A stretch of 64,000 nt of DNA from Antedon mediterranea (Eukaryota; Animalia; Echinodermata). The notes under the pieces were generated by a model, which worked only from the letters and a program-made list of their open reading frames with translations, ran no database searches and was not told the DNA's origin. Below, piece by piece: positions 37,101 to 49,300 of the stretch. Every line of letters begins with the position of its first letter. Position 1 is the first letter of the stretch. The stretch is taken from positions 7,564,001 to 7,628,000 of the forward strand of contig NC_092674.1 of the NCBI RefSeq assembly GCF_964355755.1, read 5' to 3'. A program made the translations under genes and the position numbers.

Positions 37101-39445
37101 ATTCCTCAACTCCATCTAAAAGACGTGTATTTATACATTGCTTGTTATCAATCATCTCGCTGTCATAATGAGCGTGGTAGTGTCCACCAACATCGTAATG
37201 TACAATCTGTGTAAAACAATAATATACCTATATCACTCAATTCTACAGCTATCATTAGGTACAGCTTAACAGACTATTGCAAGTCATCTAGATACGAGTA
37301 TTTTTTTCATTATATGTCACTGTAGGTTCGTATGTAAAGGGAAAATGTATAATGTGAATGAATGATTCATTTATATAATAAATATAGACGTTTAGCAGCC
37401 TTTTTAAAATTGTCTCTAGTCTCTAATGCACACAAAAACAACTTTCACTTTTCCAAAACATTGCTTTCAAATGTGAAAAAGCTCACGATAAACATGAGTG
37501 GTATGTTTGAACCTAAATTTACTCCTCTGATCTTACCTGCATCTTTTCACCAAGATCAACGATTTTCTTTGATAACCCGGTGAGTGAGACAAGTCTGTAT
37601 TATTAACAATAATTATTGAATATTGTAAAAACAAACAACCTGAAAAGGCTTTAAGATCACTGGTATTCTCATTTAAATAGGCCTATTCTAAATACCCTTT
37701 TCCGCAATTACTTATCAATCTATCATAGAAAAAAATCTCACTCCTCTAGCCAAATTCGAGGTAATATTAAAGATGTCTATTTAATTTGGAATAACTGGGC
37801 TCTTTAAAAAGAATTGAGATGATACTATTCAAGAGAGTTTATAATTAGATCTTACCTTTTCTTTAATTCATCAAATAATTCATCAGAATTATGATCGACC
37901 CAGACTTGGTCACTTATCCTAGTCTTCTTTCTTTTGTCTGCCTTCATGTTGTCATACATCCACTTGTACATCAGTTTTACATCAATCTTTCCAAACTCAC
38001 CAGCGGTAAGTTTCTTATCTCCATCAGTATCATACTCATTTAATTGAATAAACTCTTCTATGTCGTCTATTGTGATCAATGCGTTTTGTATGGGAGGCCG
38101 TGCGTACCAAAGTTCTATAAAATCTACACATCCATCAGTGTTCGTGTCAGTATCTTGGAAATTAAGTTGATGATCGCCCTCGCTTACTCTTGACCCAAAT
38201 CCGTCTTCCGGTAGTGTATGACTTTGTTTCCATCTTCTTCTTTTGGCAATGTTTTTTATGTGTTCACATTCATTGTCGGTTAGAAAATGTTCAATCTCTA
38301 GTTAATGATAATATACGAAAAAGTAAACATAAGAAAATCTGAAAAAAATAAAATGGTCGTAGTTTGAAATTCGAATTCGTTGATTGGATGTCATAATTGT
38401 GATAGCGCAGATAGTTACAATCCGTTATGCGTGATTAATCAATATTGAATGAATACTGAGAAAGAGAATACTCGGGGTACATTGCGTGTAATGGAGACCA
38501 GTGTGCGTTGTAACAAATCAGAAATAATTAACGAATGAATTTAGCTTATTGTCGTTATTGTGTACATGTTGTTCGGAGCTTATTGACCGACATCATAGCA
38601 TAATATTTTGTTTACGTTTAGTGAAGAGCAACTCAACGGTACTTCAACACGGTGGTAACAGGGACAATTTGCTCCGATTGCAGAAACTCATTAATTGTGT
38701 TAGTATCTACAATCACACAAGCTGTGAAATGAACATAATTGTTATTAGAAGAAGAATCTTACCAAATAAAGGAGGACGCATAGCTACGGTTTTTATCATC
38801 AATGTTCTACCAGATTCAAGATTCAGTTCCTGCTCATGACCAACCTTTAAAGAAAATATTATAAGGCCTATAGTCCAGTCTATATCGTAATTTCTTCCGG
38901 TTCAAACAAGGCTCTCAATATTGATCCCTTTAATTAGTAAGCGATCCGTCAAAATGAAAATCCAAAATTAAATTTCGGCGCGTCCATCCCATTTGAGAGA
39001 GTACGGCATGCGTGTACTACAAACAATTTGCTTACTAGGGCTTATTTAACATTAATTCATACATTTACATGTTTTGTATAGAGAATGATATACTAAAAAT
39101 CAAGTTTTCTTTTTGAAGTTGAAGCAATGAGAAAAGCCGCACTAACCGAATTTCGAACCCCGAATCTTCTGCTTGATACGCAGACTTTCTACCATTAGAC
39201 CAATGTTTCATGGTATGTGTTCAAATTCGATTGGATAGCTATTTTTTTTACTTGACGCACGGACAAAATAGAAACAAAAATGGAAACAGCAATCGATAAA
39301 CATGTAATTCGGTTGTACTTACAGATACAGGATCTAACATTGGTAATTTTAAGTCCGTATTAAAATGCTCCTCTCTTAGGCTAGGATTCTGATTGGTAGT
39401 GCATCCAATGCCGGGAAAAACGACAAGGATGACCAAGAAGTACAT
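34195..39445 (-). CDS. P4HTM: P4HTM-like EF-hand prolyl 4-hydroxylase, paralog 1 (signal peptide, C-terminal KDEL)
   Basis: Eight GT-AG exons with consistent phase: 39323-39445, 38763-38844, 37856-38297, 37537-37594, 37064-37206, 36461-36551, 35470-35590, 34195-34595. Motifs RPPLFEIEHFLT, two EF hands ([24 protein letters not shown]), [62 protein letters not shown]; ends SKDEL. Confidence 0.9.
34849..35027. mobile_element. Harbinger-type MITE family A, full length, intronic
   Basis: Near-identical to 13538-13716; TIRs intact. Confidence 0.9.
36354..36460. repeat. 14-16-bp tandem repeat at an intron 5' end
   Basis: About 7 units of cata(c)agttaagtgt abutting the exon boundary at 36461. Confidence 0.9.
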
Positions 39446-40229
39446 TGTATAAACCTGATCTGACAGAAAATATACATACTGTAACCCCTTGCGTTTTAAT
39501 TTTATTGAGTCAATTATGCTGTTATTGAGTTAGGCCAATAATTAACCGTGGGAAATGAGACATATGGGGGATGATGTTGCCTATATTTGTCCCATTCATT
39601 GACACGTAGGCCTACATTGATCAATTGTACCTATTCCATTGTCTATGATCAGGTAAGAGTGAAATTGTAACTTCACTCTGATTGACAGAGGCGAATCCAT
39701 GCATACGACCTTTCCGTCACGGCATCACACATTTTAAGTGGGATTCAGATTAAAGTCATGTAACACATAGGTGTATTAGTACTTACGCCGTAATGAAACG
39801 GAAATTATTTATAAAATTAGCACCCCCACCCCAAAAACCCCATCATACATATGCCTATATTACTTTATTGGATTTATCTCGGCACCAGCTTGTTTACTTT
39901 TATTTATGGTAAATTTTTAGACTACATTTTAAAAAGAAAATAGGTCTGTTTTGTCACTGGTTCAAGGATTGTGTGTGGCTAACTCATTAAAAAAATACAG
40001 AATCACCATGCTTTTTTATTATTAATTATTTTATTATTTTATGCATAATGCATTATACTACAATAATTGATTTAACCGCCACAATAAAAAATGTAAAACA
40101 TGCATTTAATATTACAAATTAGACAGAATAATTATATCACGATCCGAGTTGACAAAAACTTTTGTAGATTTAAGTAAAAAATATTTTCTATTGGTCTTAA
40201 ATAAATACTTTTCCATCATTTGTTTATTG

Positions 40230-43200
40230 TTACAAATTTCCTATATTGTTTCTGAGTTTTTTAAGGTATTGTGTTTGACGTTCCTTGTCCGTGTCAACAT
40301 GTATCCAGTGATTAGCGATCCATTTAACGCCTTGTTTAATATCGCATCCACCGTGAAGAGAGTACACGTCATTCTCGCCAATCCAACCTATGGGAAAAGT
40401 TTGGCTTATGACTATGATACAGGCGTCATATGTGATACTTAATGTGACAATTTATTACAATACTTATTATACTGGACAAATGCTATATTTTGGAGATACA
40501 TTCGCAGATAATCGTTTCCTCTTTCGTTCATTTTTTATTCATTTATTTGTCCGTTCTTTCATTTATTTTCTTTGGGTCGTTGGTTAGGTTGTTCATTCAT
40601 TTGTTCGTTCGTTCCTTCGTTCAGTCGGTCCTTCGTTTCTTCCTACGTCTACTTATACATTGTCTTTATTATTCTCGGAAATTCATTGCACGGAAATTCT
40701 TTGCTCGACATCGCTAATATTATATTGTAACCTATTGCGTTCGTTTTATTGTTATTGGGTCGTTGGTTATATTGTTCGTTCGTTCCTTCCTTCGTTCAGT
40801 CGGTCCTTCGTTTCTTCCTTCGTCTATTTATTCATTGTCTTTATTTATTCCTCTCGTAAATTCATTGTCTTTATTATTCTCGTAAATTCATTGCACGGAA
40901 ATGTTGTGCTCGACATCGCTAATATAATTATTGTAACCTATTGCGTTCGTTTTATTGTTATTGGGTCGTTGGTTATGTTGTTCGTTCGTTCCTTCCTTCG
41001 TTCAGTCGGTCCTTCGTTTCTTCCTTCGTCTATTTATTCATTGTCTTTATTTATTCCTCTCGTAAATTCATTGTCTTTATTATTCTCGTAAATTCATTGC
41101 ACGGAAATTGAAATTCTTTGCTCGACATCGCTAATATTATATTGTAACCTATTGCGTTCGTTTTATTGTCATTGGGTCGTTGGTTATGTTGTTCGTTCAG
41201 TCGGTGGGTCGTTAATCAATTTACAAATCCTCAGAATCATAATATTTATTATAATCATCATCATTGTGATTATCGCTATTAAATTTATAATAATCAAACA
41301 CTAAATCCATCATGACGTCATCGTCATAATTTTCATCATCACTGATTATACAAATTTCACCTACCGTCTTCATTCAGTACGTGGTTGTACCACATCACAG
41401 CTTTGCCCTTCTTTGGTTTAACTACAACATTAGCATCCTTGCAGTGGTTACTCAAATCGTATATTTCTTCATTTATTAACTGATTGGAACATTTTTAAAA
41501 TAAATCAGTTTCTCTCACATGAAATAGTAAGCTATGGCATGCAAACAAATTGTCATTGAATTACATTATGGAGCTTTCAATTTACGACGACCTACTGTAG
41601 CAAGTGTATGTAAATTACGTCATTTCTCTGTTTCAGTAAAAATTGATTACTTGTTCCTATAATTAGGAAAAAATTATGGTCCAACGACGTACCGAACTCA
41701 ACGTATGCGAAGGTACTCTAATATGATATGAGCACATCACATTTTTTTTGTCACATACAGCTTGATAATATAGACAGATCTTTAGAGTACCTAATATGGA
41801 GATATATAAAATGATGATGTTTGAATAGATACGTTTGAAAACATTGAAGAACATTATACATACATTGCCTTTATATGTCACATTGTCCGCGATTGGAAAT
41901 GCCGTTTCGCCTCCATCGTCAACATCATTCAGGTAGTACATCACCGTTAGATATCTATAAAAAAGAAGTACATTTCTGCTCATTATGATTTCTATATCAA
42001 ATTTTCAATTTATTCAATTCATTCTCAGTCTGAGATAGGTGGAAATAACCGTTTCGGGTATCTACCTTAGCTATCTCAGATATGAAGCGAAAGGTAAGTT
42101 TGGTAACATTGTCGAAACATGCGGTATTGTTCCATATTTTGTCTCTTAGCATGATCAAAATGATCAATGGTTTGATGTCAATGATTTCAATTTCGTCGCT
42201 CGCACTGAAACTCAAATGGTTGATTTGCTTACTTGTAGTTCCGGGAGGCGCACCCCAGGTATCGCGGCAGTCCCAGTAATATGTTGAAAATGCCATAGGG
42301 GCTAGCCAAAGGATTAATTATTAATAATAATAAAACAATGTAAGTTTAATACTAAAACACTACCTGCATACACGGTAGTTTTTAAAATCTAGTCGAGCAG
42401 CTCCATCTAAAAGACCTCCTGTATGGCCACATTTCTTAGCATTGTCTACCCTTTCACTGTCATAATGTGCGTGATAGTGTCCACCAACATCGTAATGCAC
42501 AATCTGTGTTAAAAAAAACTCTGTTATAATAGTCACTATTATTTGTCAGATTTGTGGTCGAACATGTACTTTTTGATGCACTTCAATCGGGTAAGTGTAT
42601 TGAAAAGAAAATACTTTGAAAAGCAAAGGTAATCAATAATACGATATTATTATGAGAGAAATTCCAGGAATATGGCATTGGTGGCTGGAAGCTCATTTCC
42701 AGGAACATCCAGAAAGAGGTCGTTTGTGGTAGAAGTTCATCATAATGAGGAGCATCATCTAGAAAGAGGTCGTTTGCGGTATGAAGTCCATACGAGAAGA
42801 ATAAACCAGAAGGAGATCGAATTGCTGGTAGGAAGCCTCAACAATAATCCAGAAAGAGGTAGTTTGTGGTAGGAAGCCCATAGACAGGATCATCCATAAA
42901 GAGGTCGTTTGTGGTAGGAAGCCAAAACAAGGATAGTCAAGAAAGAGGTCGTTTGTGGTAAGAAGCCCATAACCAAGATCATGGGCATTGATCAAATAGG
43001 TTGTGTCAACGGTTTTTTTTTACAATCAGGTATAACATACCCGAAACATGGGTCCAATCAATATTAACCTCGTCCTACAAAGCCTCTACAGCCCCCTCTG
43101 ATCTTACCTGCATCGCTTCACCATTGTTGTCGACAATCTGCTTTGATAAACCAGTAAGTAAAACAACTCTGTATTATCAAAAACAATAATGGTGTTATTA

Positions 43201-45111
43201 ATTTGTACCCAATTATTTGCAAACTAAAAAGGATAGTTATTCTAGAAAGATATAACAATGTGTGAAAGGATGATTTAATATTTTAGTAATTGCTTTGGGC
43301 TTGACCACTTGAGCAGTTGTCGACATGGTATTACCAGATAAGCGTACTTAAGCCAACTTAGTTTGCCTGGGACCTGGGCAAGAAACATCGCCAGGAGGTT
43401 CTCAAATGATTCCATTTTTACCAAAACAGCGCCATCAATTCAGTATTTTGCCAGAATCTCTACGTATTTTGCCATCCATAATGCATGACCATCAGTGGTA
43501 CTACTTTGTAATCTGTTTTAATAATTATTGGAATATTGTGATGAAAAGAGTATTATTTGTCCAACCTGTACCATAACATCCTCTACAAGCAAAATGTGAT
43601 TGACTACCAGACGGTATACGTTGTAATCCTACCTTTTCTGTAATTCACCAAATACTTCATGGGACTTGTGTTCCATCCATACTTGGTCACTTGTCCTATG
43701 TTGCTTTCTTTTGTCTGTTCTTATTTTTTCGTACATCCACTCGTACATTAATTTAATATCAATTTTCCCAAACTCACCAGAGTTCAGTTTCTCATCTCCA
43801 TCAGTATCATACTTATAGAATTGAATAAATTCTTTTATATCGTCTAGGGTGATCATTGAATTTTGTATGGGAGGCCTCTTATGCCAAAGCTCCCTGAAGT
43901 TAATGTATCCATCATAATTTACATCAGCAGTTGTGAAATTGATCTTATGGCTGCCTTCTTTTGCTCCTTTTCTAAAGGCTGTTTTCGGAAGAGTAGCACT
44001 TTTCTCCCATGCCCCTTTTTTGGCTATGAGTTTTATTTTTTCACATTCATCGGAAGTGAGAAAGTTTTCAATCTCTATATGAAATAATAATGAAAATGAT
44101 AATGACGATGATAATGAAAATAATGGTCTTTTTTTCTCTCTCAACGCTTTCTTTAAATCTAAAAGTTGTGTTTTCTAATCATTGTTTCCTCGTCCTTTGG
44201 ATGAGACGTTGGCAGTTGATCTCGTGTTAAGTATGCGCTTAATGGGTCAACTCAGACAGCGTTGTACGACAAGGCCCGTCAGGAGAAATTTAAACATGTT
44301 TAAAGTTCTCTCGACGACAAAAACTACGCCCGATGCTCTCTCGTCGGAATTCAGTGCTGTAACGGCTAACGCAGACAGCGTCGGTCACGTGCTAGCTGTC
44401 TGCGTTGGCCGAGCACTGCGATAGAAGTAGTACAGTAGGCCTACACTATTAAAACATAATAAGGAATTTAAACTACACCCATAATTCTTTAAGAAACGTA
44501 CGTAGCCTAACGGTACTTACTGTTAGCTTGATATACCCGATACTTACCAAATAAAGGCGGGCGTACAGCTACGGTTTTTATTATCAATGTTCTACCAGAT
44601 TCAAGATGTAGTTCCTGCTCATGACCAACCTTTAAAGACACATTTAATATTGTAATCTCCCAATTTACCACAAAATAGTTCCAGTTCTTCCCTGGTTCCA
44701 TGAACAATGTAGCTTTTATAAATAGACCTACATTAGGCCTAACAGATCCGTCAAACAAAACTTGGCCAGTTGCGGATCCTGGATGTTTGGTCATAAATAT
44801 TTCAAAATGAAGAGCTGTGAAGCCTAAACCTGTTATATCATTGACAACATGTGTGTTTTTTCTCCTCCAAATTTAAGGAAAGGCGGTTGCTCCTCATTGA
44901 ATCTACATATGGCTAACTAACATTAAGTTTAGAAAAAAAAAATAAATTCTGATTCAAATATTTAAATAGGCCTACTTACAGATACAGGCTCTAACCTCGA
45001 TAGCTTTAAATCAGTATTCTCATCACTTTGGATAAATTTTGAGTAGTTATTATTTTGCAGGATTTGACATCTAGTGCTGAGCAGAACGATCAGGAGCAAA
45101 AAGAGGTACAT
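40230..45111 (-). CDS. P4HTM: P4HTM-like EF-hand prolyl 4-hydroxylase, paralog 2 (signal peptide, no KDEL)
   Basis: Eight exons matching paralog 1: 44980-45111, 44548-44629, 43633-44074, 43108-43168, 42364-42503, 41864-41954, 41365-41479, 40230-40387. HAHYD, GGETAFP and [13 protein letters not shown] are intact; ends YLKKLRNNIGNL*. Confidence 0.9.
40560..41210. repeat. Three ~200-bp tandem duplications containing TTCG-rich low-complexity DNA (intronic)
   Basis: gctcgacatcgctaatat..tgtaacctattgcgttcgttttattgtt.ttgggtcgttggttat occurs 3 times. Confidence 0.85.
42662..42985. repeat. Intronic array of a ~31-bp conserved repeat with 10-19-bp variable linkers
   Basis: Six copies of tccagaaagaggtcgtttgtggtaggaagcc plus one degenerate leading copy. 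Confidence 0.85.
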
Positions 45112-46327
45112 TGTGCAAAAACTGAGTCAGGTTTATAAGTAAAGACCAATTTATTACATTAACAACACACATGTTACCGCGGATGTTGGATTATAATAAT
45201 TATAGTGATTGTAACACATTGGATAGGCATGAGAATTATGCGTGATATTAATAACAGTGTTGTTGTAAAGTGTTGATATCTATTCACTAAGTTACACATT
45301 CATCGATTTAATTGTAGATCTATTATTCCGATGATCACCCAATTGTAGATCGGAACAAATACGACACCCAGTTACACAATACACGATCGAAAGGTCACCG
45401 ATAAAATAATCAATACGGTATTTTATATTAAAATATCCATATGGTTGCACTAGAAATAAATATCGAGGTATTTTGATACACTGATATTAATAGCATTGAA
45501 GAGGTTAGATTGCCTTTCTAATGTATTCATAATTTTACTTTTATGTAAAAATGTATGGTAACTTAAATAAGGCGCTCTTGACGTGCCATAACTGAAATGT
45601 GATTTTATCATTGGTGGCGGTATACTACGACATCGAAAGAAGGCAAGAAGGCTCCCCGCGAAAGACAGTACAGAGATAATTTTCTGGACAATTTTATGAA
45701 AACGTAGGCTAACATCATACTTAAATATTAGTCTACACTGTTAATACGTTATTAAACAATTCTAATATTTGTCTTATTTGTTAGGCTGTTCTCTACTTTT
45801 AGTTTAGTAGGCATAGGCTAGCTAAACTACTAAACTAAAGTAGGCCTCTAGGCCTAGAGGCTAGGCCTAGCCCCCTAGGCTAGTAAGCCTATAGGATTAG
45901 GCTTAGGTTAGCGCCTACTACTAGCCCATAGGCCTGGGCCTAGGCTAGGATAATTAATAATAGGGCAAGGGCTAGGCCTAGTCCTATTTAGCCTATTATT
46001 AGTATAGTAGTAGTGTAAGTGTTTCTGTAGTAGATAGTGTAGGCCTACTAAGGCCTACACTACAGCAGTAATAATAGTACTACTACTAGAGTAGTAGTAC
46101 TAGGCCTAGCTAGGCTAGAGTTAGTAAGTACTGTAGCCTAGAGGACTAGCCTAGCTAGGCTATTTGTTTTAATAATGGGAATGACATTTTTATGCATTTA
46201 TTTAAAATATAGGCCTAGGCCCATATAATATATAAATAAATGAAAGCAAATCTTTTTTTTTAGCTAATTTAATTTTGAAAGATGCATTTATGACGTACTC
46301 AATTTGTGTGCCAATTGTGTGATTACA
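45112..46327. promoter_or_regulatory. Divergent (head-to-head) intergenic/5'UTR region of P4HTM-like paralog 2 and CCNC
   Basis: Start codons 1.2 kb apart on opposite strands; probable CCNC non-coding exon ending ~45713 (aaaac|gtaggc) and acceptor ~46263; dense TAGGCCTA/CTAG cluster at 45780-46220. Confidence 0.45.
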
Positions 46328-49300
46328 ATGGCTGGTAACTTTTGGCAGAGTTCGCATTGGTAAGTCCTGAATTGTTTTTAACAGTTTTGGTTGAAAACAA
46401 TTATGACTGATTTCTAGGAATTCAATATGTGTATAGATGCTAAGCATATTGCTTATAATCAGCCCCAATGCCCATCAATGAATTCAATTAAGCCTTTACT
46501 TTGTATATGGTGACAATTTTTTGTTTACCATTTACCACAAAACAGTTGGCACAGTGCCAAATATCCTGTCTTATACCGTATCTGTAAACCTGTATCTGTA
46601 TAGCTCTCTTAACTAAATTTACTAGCATTTTACAAAAAGACTTGACATTTGTTTGTAGTAACCAGTGGCTTTTGGACAAGCTGGTGATATTGAAAGAGCG
46701 TCAAAAGGACTTGGAAAAACTGACCGAAGATGAATATACTAAAGTGTTTATTTTCTACAATGGAGGTATTTTTGTTTCACTTGTTACTAAATTAAAAATT
46801 TGTATATAAAATAGTAAATGTGTACAAGTCACTTCTAGGTAAAATACACTTTCAATAAAATGCTGCTCTACCAAGTTTCACAATGTCCATAAAAAGGTGA
46901 ACATTTTCTATCTACATCTGGGACTGAAATAATACACTCTGGGGAAACCCTCTACTTGTCTGAAAAAATGTATTTCTTAATTATACAAAAGCAAATAGAG
47001 TACATTGGACTTACTTTACAGTACAGCGCATAGCCATAAAGACATTATTTAATTGTGTTACCGTATATTTCGGTGTATAAGTCGCACCTGTGTATAAGAC
47101 GCACCCCTAACTGAGAGTAGAATATCGGTATTTTTTATATCGTCGATGTATAAGACGCACCTTATATTTCATCAAAACAATGTTTTTTTAAATTGTAATC
47201 AATATTATTGTAATAATATATTTTGTTATATCTACAACGCGACGGCGTCCTTTATTTAGGTTTTTTCTAACCTAGGCTCGGCCGTGCCCAGCCTCAACAA
47301 GTTCTTTCTAACTTGTTATTCATGAGTTTTGCACCCGCAACAACATCGAGTGCATGACCGTGTGTGTAACACGATGTACGTGTGTGGGCTACCCTCGCTC
47401 GATCATTTCGAGAGGGCGCACGTTTTCACGGACAATTGTATTCGATTAGTATCTATGTATCCGAGAAGTGTGTACGCTTGGTCCATGCTATAATCACCTG
47501 GAGAATATACTAGTCGAATACCGTACACCATGTGGCCGCCCCAAGAAGGGCTTGCGCTAGGGGTACGGCGGTCGGCGATCGTGCGTATAACTATAAATAA
47601 ATACTATTCCAATCGATCGTACGTAAACGTTTACAAATGAAATTTATCAGAGCGCCTAAAACCGCTCCATAATGAACAAATCTTTTCATCATATTTAGTA
47701 TAACATCATGCTAAAATGCCTTGAAAACTAGGCAGAAGCAGGTTACCGTTACGTTAGTATACTGTAGCAAGGCCTAGCCTACTCAGGCCTAGCAAACGAG
47801 GTGACGATATGCCAATATGTACAATCTATGTGGTGAGGCATTTATGTTCGGTGTATAAGACGCACCCTTAATTTAGAGGTCAAATTTGCGTGTCAAAAAG
47901 ACTTATACACCGAAATATACGGTAATTTGGATTTGTTAATGTGTTTAGTGTGATAGTGCCTCCTTTTTTCAATGCTATTGCTAGTCACATGGCGTTATTC
48001 TACTAATTATATGCTTTTTTCTATTTAGTAATTCAAGCTATTGGAGAGACTTTAAAAGTGCGTCAACTTGTTATAGCAACAGCAACGTTATATTTTAAAA
48101 GATTCTATGCAAGGTATGAAAATATGAAATGAATATCCATAATACATGAATAGGATGAATGTAGTTGGTGAAAATATGAAACTAGTTTTACATGGCAGTT
48201 AAGACAGTGAAACCGTAATTACATAGCCATAACATCTGCAATGGGTTGAGGCTAACTCGCTCAATGATTCTGGTGGTAGAATGAGTCTTCTCGGATAAGG
48301 ACTATAAACTGTAGGTCTAATATCTAGCTCATGTGTACTTTAAAGAACCTAGTAAATTTTTAGAGTAGGGGGTTACCCCGGTGTACTAATACACACACAG
48401 CCACTGCCACACATTCTGGGAGAACAGTAGTTTACTACTGAACAGGCTTCTCAGTATTATAAAGAATAAAGAAATAAAGTATTTAAAAACAAATGATATG
48501 TATTATTTTATATGTTTCATTAATATTTATTATCTCCTTTCAGAAATTCTTTGAAATGCGTTGATCCGTTGCTTATGGCACCTACATGTCTCTTTCTTGC
48601 ATCGAAAGTTGAGGTGAGACATTTCTTTTTAAATAATAAATTGTGAATGGGTGTCTCTCAACAATTATATACTGTACCATGGTTTTCTAAGTTAAGCTGC
48701 ATTTTTTTTCTTTAGGGTGGTCTGGTTCACACTTAACATTTCAAGAAAAAACAGATATTTGAAATGTTATATATTCCACATGGCTATAATATATCATACA
48801 AACCAAGAAAGGAAATAATTAAAACAAAAATATGAGTTAGTCTCTCGAAAGACTAAAATGAAAAAGAATGTCTTCTAATTTGATTATGTTGTATGTAAAT
48901 TTAGCCATTATTTAATATAAGTAATCTTATAATAGTTTAGTTCAGGCCCATCCCCATATCGACATTTTTAATTCCAATCTTTATCTGTTTCGTCTTAATT
49001 TAATAGTTTATGAGTTGTTGTAATTGTCTCTGTATCTGTTAATGTGGCGGATATGTTTCCGCTGTTGTTTCTGGTTTTAAAAATAAAATAAACAATTGAT
49101 AAATTTACCCTTTTTTTTCCAGGAATGGGGAGTCTTGACTAATGCTAGGCTTATAGGAACCTGTCAGACTATTGTGAAAAACAAGTTTTCTTACGCATTC
49201 CCAACACCAGAGTTTAACTATAGGATTCAGCATGTAAGTCATCGAGTCTAATGTGCCTATTTGACTGGACTGAATAGACAATCAGCCGATCTACTTTAGC

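Noticed and set aside
39140-39215. tRNA-like sequence (also the heads at 60900-60973 and 62100-62175)
   Set aside because: A/B boxes are present but the acceptor stems are incomplete; best explained as SINE heads, not tRNA genes.
42662-42985. CRISPR array
   Set aside because: Eukaryotic intron, no cas genes, non-palindromic repeats, and linkers too short (10-19 nt) and partly related to each other.
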